NCBI GenBank assembly: GCA_026982705.1
Contig: JALSGP010000009.1
Location: 29,429 to 93,428 of the forward strand
From: Alphaproteobacteria bacterium
GTDB lineage: Bacteria; Pseudomonadota; Alphaproteobacteria; Geminicoccales; Geminicoccaceae
Direction: 5' to 3'
DNA length: 64,000 nt
The position numbers were made by a program, and so were the translations under genes. The notes below the pieces were generated by a model that made no database searches, was not told where the DNA came from, and saw only the letters and a list, made by a program, of their open reading frames with translations. Below, one piece after another: positions 48,274-56,131 of the stretch (within the stretch, counting starts at the first letter, position 1; each line of letters starts with the position of its first letter).

Positions 48274-49304
48274 TCGACCTCGACGCCCGCAGATCCGCCC
48301 TCGAGGCCTTCCTCGCCGAGGCCTGCGGTGCCGCGCGGGCCGAGCTCCTCGGCTGGAGCCGGCTCACCGGCGGCGCCATCCAGGAGAATCTGGGACTGGA
48401 CGTGCGGTTCGAGGGCGGACGTCTCGCCGGTCGCCGGGCGCTGGTGCTGCGCACCGACGCGCCCACCCGGGTGGCGGCGAGCTGGGATCGGGTGCGCGAG
48501 TTCGCGGTGCTGCGGCGGGTCCACCGGGCCGGCGTGCGGGTGCCGGAGCCGGTGGCGGTGGAGCCCACGGGCACGGTGCTGGGCCGTCCCTTCGCGGTGA
48601 TGGCGCGGGTCTTCGGCGAGACGCGGGGGCCGCGGCTGGTCCGCGATCCGGCGGTGGCGGCGCGGGGGGCGGAGCTCGTCGCCGAACTCGCCCGCGAGCT
48701 CGCCCGGATCCACACCGTCCGCCCGCCCGATGCCGAGCTCGCCTTCCTGCCGGATCCGGGGCCACGGCCGGCCCTCGCCCGCATCGCCCTCTACCGCCGC
48801 TGGCTCGACGAACTGGACGCGGCGGAGCCGGTGCTGGAGTGGGCGCTGCGGACGCTGGAGCGGTTGGCGCCACATCTCGGGACGGAGGAGGTGGTGCTGG
48901 TCCACGCCGACTTCCGCACCGGCAATCTGGTGATCCGCGACGGACGGCTGGTGGCGGTGCTGGACTGGGAGTTCGCCGCCTGGTCGGATCCCCTGGAGGA
49001 CGTGGCCTGGTTCTGCGCCCGCTACTGGCGTTTCGGCCGCGACGCCATGGAGGCGGGCGGGCTCGGTCCCCGCGAGGCCTTCCTCGGGGCCTACGAGGCG
49101 GCCTCGGGACGGCGGGTGGATCCCTTCGCCTTCCTCTGGTGGCGGACCCTCGCCGACGTGCGCTGGGCGGTGATCGCGCTCCAGCAGGAGGCGCGGGTGG
49201 CGGCGGGCGAGTCGTCGCTGGAGCTGGCACTCACGGGCCACGTGGTGCCGCGGCTGGAGCGGGACATCCTGGACGGTCTCGCCGAACTGGAGGCGCTGAG
49301 GTGA
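48261..49304 (+). CDS. phosphotransferase (APH/choline-kinase-like) family protein
   Basis: ATG 48261 overlaps the ACAD end by 13 nt. The Brenner motif LVHADFRTGNLVI and LDWEF are typical of ACAD-associated kinase-fold proteins. Confidence 0.75.
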   Translation: MARVIDLDARRSALEAFLAEACGAARAELLGWSRLTGGAIQENLGLDVRFEGGRLAGRRALVLRTDAPTRVAASWDRVREFAVLRRVHRAGVRVPEPVAVEPTGTVLGRPFAVMARVFGETRGPRLVRDPAVAARGAELVAELARELARIHTVRPPDAELAFLPDPGPRPALARIALYRRWLDELDAAEPVLEWALRTLERLAPHLGTEEVVLVHADFRTGNLVIRDGRLVAVLDWEFAAWSDPLEDVAWFCARYWRFGRDAMEAGGLGPREAFLGAYEAASGRRVDPFAFLWWRTLADVRWAVIALQQEARVAAGESSLELALTGHVVPRLERDILDGLAELEALR

Positions 49305-49654
49305 GCGATCCCACCGCCCTGCTCCTCCTCGCCGCCGAGACGTGCCGGCGGGAGCTGCTGCCAGAGCTCGCCGGCGAGGCCCGCTACCACGCCGCCATGG
49401 CGGTGCGGGCCATGGAGATCGCGGTGCGCCTCCTGCGGGAGGGGGAGGCGCTCGCCGAACACGAGCGGCGGGCGCTGGCCGCCCTCTATGGGGCGGAGGC
49501 GGCGGCGCTCGACCTCGCCGCCCTGCGGCGGCGGCTCGCCCGCGACATCCGCGCCGGCCGCTTCGACGATCCCGCGGCCGCCCGCGCCCTCCGCGCCGCC
49601 CTCGAGACCCGCACCGCCTGCCGCCTCGCCGTCTCCTGGCCGGGGTATCGGTAG
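49301..49654 (+). CDS. small helical protein often paired with the preceding kinase-fold gene (DUF6285-like)
   Basis: GTG 49301 overlaps the upstream stop (GTGA). 117 aa, Ala/Arg/Leu-rich helices. Family assignment is from memory only. Confidence 0.4.
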   Translation: MSDPTALLLLAAETCRRELLPELAGEARYHAAMAVRAMEIAVRLLREGEALAEHERRALAALYGAEAAALDLAALRRRLARDIRAGRFDDPAAARALRAALETRTACRLAVSWPGYR

Positions 49655-50042
49655 AGGACGCCCGTCGGCCCGGCCCCGTCACCGCCACGACCGGCGCTCC
49701 GGGGCCCCATCCCCGATCCTCTCCATGTCCCCGGGCGAGACCTCCCCCTTTGCCGCCCGCGAACGCCACCACGAGCCGGCCGTCCGGGACATCGCCGACG
49801 ACCGTACCTTCCTCTCCCGCGTGCGGGAGCCGGGTCCCGACCGGTGGTCCGACGATGCGGTGGACATCCGCGTCACCGACGTCCTTCTCCTCTCAGATCT
49901 CCGTCCAGCTCCGCACCAGCCCCTCGACACGCGCCGTCGAGAGCCGCGTGGCCGTCCTGCGTGCGTCCTCCCCAAAACAGCGGCGCGACCACGGAACAGG
50001 CGAAGGTGTCACGTGCACCTCGTGGCAATCCCCGCCCTTCCC

Positions 50043-50573
50043 TCAGACGACGCGGAAATCCTTGAGCGGACCCCAGTTCTCGTAGATTCCTCCTTGCCAG
50101 TGATAGAGGACCACTTGGAAGGTATTGGCCAGATGGGCTCCCACCACGGCCGCCACGGGCACGGGGACACCCAGGAAGAGATGAACCCGGTCCACGCCGA
50201 GCCCGCTCAACCGGCCGATGGCCTTTCTCAGCTCGCGGTGGAAATCGACCATCTCGTCGGCGGTGATCGGTCGGTCGCGTCGGAGGGTCACGATCCGCTC
50301 CGGTGGAATCGCCGCGAGATGGGCCTGCTGCCTGCGGAACTTCTCCACATTGGCCCGGATGTCCTGTTGCGGCAGCAGATCGACGATCAGCACCCCCGGG
50401 CGTTCGCCCGGTTCACGGCGGATCTGGGCGAAGACCGCCTTCCGCTGCCGCCAGGCCCGAAGGAGCAGGACCCAGGACCAGACGATCGGAACCGTCGCCA
50501 CGACGCCCAGCCATATCCCGATCGGGTCGATCCAGTATACCGTGAAGTCCGAAAAGCTATTCCACCAATCCAT
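50043..50573 (-). CDS. 176-aa membrane-anchored protein with a SAVED/CARF-like Rossmannoid domain (hypothetical)
   Basis: ATG 50573 with GGAG 10 nt upstream. N-terminal TM IGIWLGVVATVPIVWSWVLLL, then a beta/alpha alternation: GVLIVDLL ... RIVTLRRD ... RVHLFLGVPVPVAAVVGAHLAN ... FQVVLYHW. GC3-biased but with many A/T-ending codons. Same strand as the cas operon and downstream of it. Confidence 0.5.
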   Translation of the reverse strand: MDWWNSFSDFTVYWIDPIGIWLGVVATVPIVWSWVLLLRAWRQRKAVFAQIRREPGERPGVLIVDLLPQQDIRANVEKFRRQQAHLAAIPPERIVTLRRDRPITADEMVDFHRELRKAIGRLSGLGVDRVHLFLGVPVPVAAVVGAHLANTFQVVLYHWQGGIYENWGPLKDFRVV

Positions 50574-50810
50574 GACAACGATACTCCACGAGATCCCGAT
50601 CGGACTTCCTAGTCTTCCTTCGTCACCTCCGTCAGGGCCCATGACGGCCCTCACCGCCGCGTCTCGCCGGATCGGAGTCGATCGCCAAGGGGCATCCCGG
50701 CCCCGGACTCGCGGAATCCGCACCGATACGATCCGCGACGGTCCGTGGACCCGAAGAGGTGAAGGCCGGACGCGGAAATGCCCGTCGTTCGGCCAAGAGG
50801 AAGACAACGA

Positions 50811-51776
50811 TCAGACCGTCCCCCAGAGCGGCTCGCCGCGGGTGAAATTCACGAACCTGCCGACGGAGATGCGGCGCGCGCGCACGAGCTCGGCGACCCC
50901 GTGGGGACGGAGCCGCTCGGCCCGCGGCATCGGTGCCACGAGTTCGGGATGGGCCAGGAGATGGCGGATGGCCGAAAGACGCGAGGGGACCGTCCAGATC
51001 GGCCAGGTGATGGTGCGGCCGCTCTCGTGCCGCGCGAAGCCGGTGGTGGCCAGGCCGTTTCGGCTCGGGAACACCGGGAAGAGCGGGATACCGACGGCCG
51101 CGAGGCGGTTGGCACCGGGAACGGTTCCGATCTTGCCGTCTTTGCTCGTCGGATCCGCGAACTGGTAGGCGTAGCGCCGGTCCTCCCGGGGATCGAACCG
51201 GAAGCCGCCGAAGTTCGGATCGCGCTGGCGCTCCCAGTCTTCGGACAGCGTCCGTCGCACGAGGTCGGCACCGTCCTGACAATCCTCGAGAGGAAAGGCG
51301 ACGCCTCTTCCGGTTTTCTCGCGCGGGCTCATCCGTTCGAGAAAATGCTGATTCCCCTGACCGAACATCGTGCAAAGCGGAGTCGGTACGACGACCCGCT
51401 TCTTCTCGTCGCGCACCACACCGTCGCTCGCGAGCGAAGCGAGCACCTCCGCCCGCACGCCCTCGGCGTCACGAGCGAGTCTGCGGAATTCCTCGTCCGT
51501 GAAATCGGGATCCTTGCGCCCGCAGAAGGATTGGAATTCCGCGAGCTCCAGCACCCCGCGTTCGGCTTCGGCTGCGAGGTCCTCCAACACGACCCCCGCC
51601 CCGTCCACGACCGCCACCACCGGGATCCAGGGGCCACGGCCCCCGCGCCGCCGCCACCAGGTCCGCACCCGCCAGTCCGGGCGGGCATGGTCCAGGGCGC
51701 GCACGAGGCCCAGGAGTGCGAGGAAGGCGAGCAGATTGTCGTGGCGGAAGGGCTTGAGTTCGAATTCCCGCGCCAT
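50811..51776 (-). CDS. candidate type I-G/I-U large-subunit protein (Csb3 / Cas8u1-like)
   Basis: ATG 51776 overlaps the cas3 stop (ATGA). 321 aa. N-terminus FRHDNLLAFLALLGLVRAL resembles the start of Csx17/Csb3 proteins. Its position after cas3 fits the csb1-csb2-cas3-csb3 order. Identity not verified. Confidence 0.5.
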   Translation of the reverse strand: MAREFELKPFRHDNLLAFLALLGLVRALDHARPDWRVRTWWRRRGGRGPWIPVVAVVDGAGVVLEDLAAEAERGVLELAEFQSFCGRKDPDFTDEEFRRLARDAEGVRAEVLASLASDGVVRDEKKRVVVPTPLCTMFGQGNQHFLERMSPREKTGRGVAFPLEDCQDGADLVRRTLSEDWERQRDPNFGGFRFDPREDRRYAYQFADPTSKDGKIGTVPGANRLAAVGIPLFPVFPSRNGLATTGFARHESGRTITWPIWTVPSRLSAIRHLLAHPELVAPMPRAERLRPHGVAELVRARRISVGRFVNFTRGEPLWGTV

Positions 51777-54634
51777 CACCCCGCTTCCTCTTCGGACGTT
51801 CGGTGATCGGCGAGTCTGAGGATCGCTTCGAGATACGCGAGCATCCAGGGGCCGAAACGGCGATGCAGCCGCGCGTGGAGATCGAACCAGAAGGAATCGA
51901 GGCGGGCGAGGCCCGGGTCGCCCGGGACCTCGACCTCGCGCCCGCAGGCCTCGACGGTGAAGTCCCGCGCCTCGGGATCCTCGACCGGCGGGAAGAACGG
52001 CCTCCCGCGACCGTGATGGGTGCCGACGAGCCAGAGGACGAGATCGCGAACGGGCTCGTCCTCCCCCTCGAGCAATGTCGCGGCTGCCGCCACCGACCAT
52101 GCTTCGTGACGGATGCCCGCGGGAAGACCCGCAAGCTCTCGCGCCCGCCTCGGGTTCGAGAACCGGTCCGATTTGGCGAGCGGAGCCTGGAGCCGGGCCG
52201 CGAGACGGTCACCGCCGCGCAAGTAGGCCTGGAAGCGCGGCTCCGCCTTGCCGAGATCGTGCAGGCGCGCGGCCGTGACGACGGCCTTCGCGAGTTCGGG
52301 GGCGAGTCCGAGAGTCCGGGCGAAACGCTCGGCCTTGCGGGCGACGCGAAGGAGGTGATCGCTCAAGTTCACGGGCTTCGGTGCGAGGAGCGAACTGCGG
52401 TCGCTTTCGCCCACGGCCTCGCCCGAAAGCGCGTCCTCGTCGTCCTCGGGCGAAGGGAGCCGTCGGAAGCCACCGAGCACGCAGCCGGCCGGGAACTCCG
52501 GCCCGTAACGATGGAGGATCCGCGGATCCAGCCCGGCGAGGCGTTCGAGACGTTCGCGAAGGCGTGTGGGCAGCGCCTCGCGGGCGAGAAGGGCGTCGAC
52601 GAGCTCCGGCGCCTCCGCGTCCCCGAGCCGTTCGAGCTCGTCCCGCACGATCCGCCAGGCGCCGGCGCCGTCGAGATCGTCGTCCTCGCCGATCCAGCTC
52701 GGGGCGAGGGCCGGATGCAGGCGGAGAAGGAGGCGCCTTCGCTGACGCTCGATCGCCGCTTCGGCGAGATCCACGACAGGCTCGCGCGCTTTCGGGTTCC
52801 AGCCATAGCGGTCGCAACCGCCGTAGGACGCCGGCACGACGAGCACGTCGCCGGGCCGGATCGCCTCGGGGCCCACCACGGTCGTGGCCTCGTCCTCGGG
52901 TCCCCGCCAGCGGAGCACGCGGCGCCCCTCGCGCCGCCCGTCGTCTTCGCCTTCCTGTGCGGCGCCTTCCACGTCGGCCATGTCCCGGAGGTGTCCTTCG
53001 AGCCAGGCGCGGGCGACGTGAAGGGGAAGCTCGAGCGCTTCCAGGGACGAGGGCGGTGCGACGGAAAGGAGCTCCCGTACGCGCTCCGGGTGGTCGAGGT
53101 CCCATTCGCCGAGATCCGCACGCCAGACGATCCGGACATCCGGAGGACCGGCCTCGAGCCCGTGCAGGAACAAGCCGATGTCGGGTTCGGCCGCGGGTGG
53201 TGGCGAGGTGCGGGCGAGGACTTCGGCGTAGACCGGAAGGAAGACGGGCGCGCGGGCGCGCGGTGTGAGCCGTTCCGCGGTGAAGGCGCCCTCCTGCGTC
53301 CGGAAGGCTTCGATGCCGAAGTCCATCACCCGTGCCCGTCCGTCCCGTCGGGCGCGCGCCCAGAGCCACGTCCAGCTCGCGCGCAACGCCCCGCCGTAGA
53401 CGGGATCGAGCCGCTTCCCCGTGACGTCCGCCTTGCGGGCGAGGATCACGGCCGGCGCCTCGAGGGACTCGCCCCGGCGGTTCAACCGCCCGAAGCGCTG
53501 ACAGAGGGCGTCGATGGGCGCGGCTTCGGTGACCAGCGCGTCGAAGTCGAAATCCGCGCCCACCTCCACCGTCTGCGTCGCGACCAGGATCACGGCACGA
53601 CCGCCATCCCCGCGCGCCGGCCCGAGTCGCGCCTCGAGTTCGCGGCCGAGCTCGTCGCGCTCGAGCGGACGCGACCGCCCGATGGCGAGACGGACGTCCG
53701 CGATCTCACGGGCCGCATTCGAAAGGCGCTCGAAGATCGCGCGCGCCCGGGAGACGCGGTTGACGACGACGCCGATGCGCCTGCGGCCGTCCTCGAGGAA
53801 GGAGAGCGCGCGCTCGACGAAGGCGCGGGCCGCGGCCGCTTCGTCCTCCGAGTCGATTCGCTCGAGCCGCGCGGGCTTCCGCGCCGAAAGACGCCGCTTC
53901 AGCGCCTCGTGCGCGCGGTCCTCCGCGTCGAGCGCGAGGGCGCCGTCCGTCTTCGTGCCCGGTGTGGCGGTGAGACGGCAGACGACGAAGGGCGGGTCGA
54001 ACCCGACCTCGGATGCGCGCCGGAGCCGTGCGACGGCTTCGAGCGTGTCGAGAAAGGCCGCGGAAAGGTGGGCCTCGTCGACGAGATGGAGCACGTCGTT
54101 CGCGAAAAGACCGGCGTGGACCGGCCACATGGAGGGGGAGAGGCCGTAGCCCCGGAACAGCAGCCGGGAGCCCACCTGGTCGACGGTGGCGAGGACCACC
54201 GTGGGCTGGTGCGGAGTCCGGACCCAGTCGGGATCCAACGGCATGCCGCCGCGAAGGCGCACGACCGCGAGGGGTGGTCCGCCGTCGGCGAGGCCCCGCA
54301 GCGCCGCCGCCACGGCCGCAAGGGGCCCTTCTCCGGCCTCGCGGAGCCTGCGGGAGATCGTCCTGGCCCGGGTGAAGGCCTGGTCCACCACGAGCCGACG
54401 GTCGACCACATAGACCACGCGCACCGCGGCCCGCCGGGGGCAACTCGCGGCTTCGCGGGCCAGATGCCACACGGCCACGTCCAGCGCCGCCGTCTTGCCG
54501 CAGCCGGTCGGAATGTCGAGGAGTTCCGGCCAGCCGCGCTCCACCACCCGGGCCGCGAGCCGGCGCTGCCAGGGGAAAGGCTCGTGTCCCCAGAGTGCCG
54601 CGAAGAATTCGGCGAAGGAGGGAAAAGCGCTCAC
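51776..54634 (-). CDS. cas3: type I-G/I-U Cas3 helicase with C-terminal HD nuclease
   Basis: GTG 54634 overlaps the csb2 stop (GTGA). Motif I DIPTGCGKTAA and motif II LHLVDEAHL. C-terminal HD motifs AARLHDLGKAEPRFQ, GIRHEAWS, GTHHGRGRPFF. The 1425-aa ORF in the track is this gene plus a spurious 5' extension. Confidence 0.85.
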   Translation of the reverse strand: MSAFPSFAEFFAALWGHEPFPWQRRLAARVVERGWPELLDIPTGCGKTAALDVAVWHLAREAASCPRRAAVRVVYVVDRRLVVDQAFTRARTISRRLREAGEGPLAAVAAALRGLADGGPPLAVVRLRGGMPLDPDWVRTPHQPTVVLATVDQVGSRLLFRGYGLSPSMWPVHAGLFANDVLHLVDEAHLSAAFLDTLEAVARLRRASEVGFDPPFVVCRLTATPGTKTDGALALDAEDRAHEALKRRLSARKPARLERIDSEDEAAAARAFVERALSFLEDGRRRIGVVVNRVSRARAIFERLSNAAREIADVRLAIGRSRPLERDELGRELEARLGPARGDGGRAVILVATQTVEVGADFDFDALVTEAAPIDALCQRFGRLNRRGESLEAPAVILARKADVTGKRLDPVYGGALRASWTWLWARARRDGRARVMDFGIEAFRTQEGAFTAERLTPRARAPVFLPVYAEVLARTSPPPAAEPDIGLFLHGLEAGPPDVRIVWRADLGEWDLDHPERVRELLSVAPPSSLEALELPLHVARAWLEGHLRDMADVEGAAQEGEDDGRREGRRVLRWRGPEDEATTVVGPEAIRPGDVLVVPASYGGCDRYGWNPKAREPVVDLAEAAIERQRRRLLLRLHPALAPSWIGEDDDLDGAGAWRIVRDELERLGDAEAPELVDALLAREALPTRLRERLERLAGLDPRILHRYGPEFPAGCVLGGFRRLPSPEDDEDALSGEAVGESDRSSLLAPKPVNLSDHLLRVARKAERFARTLGLAPELAKAVVTAARLHDLGKAEPRFQAYLRGGDRLAARLQAPLAKSDRFSNPRRARELAGLPAGIRHEAWSVAAAATLLEGEDEPVRDLVLWLVGTHHGRGRPFFPPVEDPEARDFTVEACGREVEVPGDPGLARLDSFWFDLHARLHRRFGPWMLAYLEAILRLADHRTSEEEAG

Positions 54635-56127
54635 GGGCCCACCTCTTCCGACACCGGCAGCATCAGCCCGAGCCCGAAATGGCGTCCCGCCCCCAGCATC
54701 ACGGGTCCGGCCACCGGAGTGGGAAAGCGGATCCGGGCGTGGACCAGGGAGCGATGCCCGAACGCCGCGCGCACGATCCAGCCCCGACCCCGTGGATCCC
54801 GGCCGGAGCGCCGGCGTGCGAGGCTCGTGCCCGTGAGATACGGATGTGCCCCCACCTCGATGGCTTCCGGCACCGGAAGCCCCTGCTGCCGGCAGGCCAG
54901 TGCGATCTGCGCCTCCGCGCTGTCGCCGCGCCTGGCCTTCATGTGGCGCGGGAGCACGATCGGGGTCACGCTCGCGAAGCGCCGCGACGACCGCAGATAG
55001 CGGGCGGGGCGCAGCGAGGCCCGTTCCGGCGACGGATCGTGTTCGAGACGCCAGGTGCCGAAGCGGCCGAGGGTGAGGGTACCGCCGGCCTCGAGAAACC
55101 GCGCCACCGCATTCTCCAGTTCGATCCGGATCGGATCGGCGAGCCCGTCGTGTTCGCGGGGGAGGACGAGGGCGAGACCGAAGAGCCTTCCGTCCGACCA
55201 GTCGAAACCGACGTTCGCGAGAGGCAGGATGGCGAGATGCGGTGCCGCCGCCGGGCCGCTTCCCTCGTGGCCGCCGAGCACGGGCAGGACGGGCCCCTCC
55301 GCGTGCGCCAGGAGGGCTCCCCGCATGGCCTCGGCCACCCGGACGAAGGCCTCGAGGGCGGGGGCGCGGCGGCCCGTGCCTTCGAGCACGATCCAGTTGC
55401 GACCGTAGGCCGTGCCGGCGAACGCATCCGGCTCCCGTTCCCGCCACAGGTCCCGATAGCTCACGACGGGCGCGGGCTCCGGCCGGAAGCCGCGGCCCTT
55501 CCCGGCTTTGCGGCCCTTCCCGGCTTTGCGGTCCTTCGCGGCTTTGCGGTCCTTCGCGGCTTCGAAGCCGACGACGAGCTCTCCGAGCCGTCCAGGATAG
55601 GGAACGCGAAGCCGCACGACGCCATCCGCTGCCGGCACGAAGCGCGGCACGGGATCGCGCGTCTCGCGCAGAAAGCGCATGGAGACGAGCGAGGCGGAAT
55701 GGCCGAGATAGCCCACCTGCCGCGCGATGCGGTCGAGGGCGGGGAGATGATGGGCGACATCCTCCGCCGAGGCCCTCCACCAGAGCCGTACCCGCGGCGC
55801 GTCGGGCACGACGGCGGGGAAGACCCGCGGCTGCAGCTTGGCGGGAAGGCCGAGCTCGCGCCGCCCGTCGCTGCGATCGTTCGGGGGCACGTAGACCGTG
55901 CACACGTCCCGCGAGCCCGCGCTCGGTGCTTCGAGTGCGGGCGGGTCCAGGGATTCGAGCCACGAGAGCGCCGCCCGGCCGGGCTCGTCCGCCCCGTTTT
56001 CCGCCCAGGCGCACACGAGCGCCGAGAAGATGCGATCGGGATGGGGCGGCCATTCGGCACGCTCCTTGGCGGCGACGGTCGCGGCGCGAAAGACCCCCGT
56101 CAGGAAATGAACATCGAGGCGGAGCAC
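54631..56127 (-). CDS. csb2: type I-G/I-U Csb2 (Cas5-Cas6 fusion, GSU0054 family)
   Basis: GTG start with GGAGGG 11 nt upstream. The hallmark N-terminus AEWPPHPDRIFSALVCA and the glycine-rich C-terminus GAGRHFGLGLMLP. Confidence 0.8.
   Translation of the reverse strand: MLRLDVHFLTGVFRAATVAAKERAEWPPHPDRIFSALVCAWAENGADEPGRAALSWLESLDPPALEAPSAGSRDVCTVYVPPNDRSDGRRELGLPAKLQPRVFPAVVPDAPRVRLWWRASAEDVAHHLPALDRIARQVGYLGHSASLVSMRFLRETRDPVPRFVPAADGVVRLRVPYPGRLGELVVGFEAAKDRKAAKDRKAGKGRKAGKGRGFRPEPAPVVSYRDLWREREPDAFAGTAYGRNWIVLEGTGRRAPALEAFVRVAEAMRGALLAHAEGPVLPVLGGHEGSGPAAAPHLAILPLANVGFDWSDGRLFGLALVLPREHDGLADPIRIELENAVARFLEAGGTLTLGRFGTWRLEHDPSPERASLRPARYLRSSRRFASVTPIVLPRHMKARRGDSAEAQIALACRQQGLPVPEAIEVGAHPYLTGTSLARRRSGRDPRGRGWIVRAAFGHRSLVHARIRFPTPVAGPVMLGAGRHFGLGLMLPVSEEVGP
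55492..55563 (-). repeat. in-frame 18-bp tandem repeat x4 inside csb2
   Basis: Plus strand: gcggcccttcccggcttt x2, then gcggtccttcgcggcttt and gcggtccttcgcggcttc. These encode AAKDRK-AAKDRK-AGKGRK-AGKGRG (about residues 189-212). Confidence 0.9.
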
Positions 56128-56131
56128 GGCC

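Noticed and set aside
49488-50612. A 374-aa plus-strand ORF spanning the island junction.
   Set aside because: - It is largely antisense to the TM/SAVED-like gene.
- It is rich in Arg/Pro/Asp, with no domain-like pattern and weak GC3 bias.
50574-50807. A longer 254-aa version of the TM/SAVED-like ORF starting at 50807.
   Set aside because: - That start is a TTG with no RBS.
- The extra 78 residues are Arg-rich and featureless.
- ATG 50573 has a GGAG RBS and begins right at the TM helix.
51776-56053. A 1425-aa ORF suggesting a giant Cas3 fusion.
   Set aside because: - The N-terminal 473 codons overlap csb2 in another frame and are Arg/Pro/Gly-rich with no motifs.
- Helicase motif I appears only after the GTG at 54634, which overlaps the csb2 stop.
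- cas3 is therefore called as 51776..54634.
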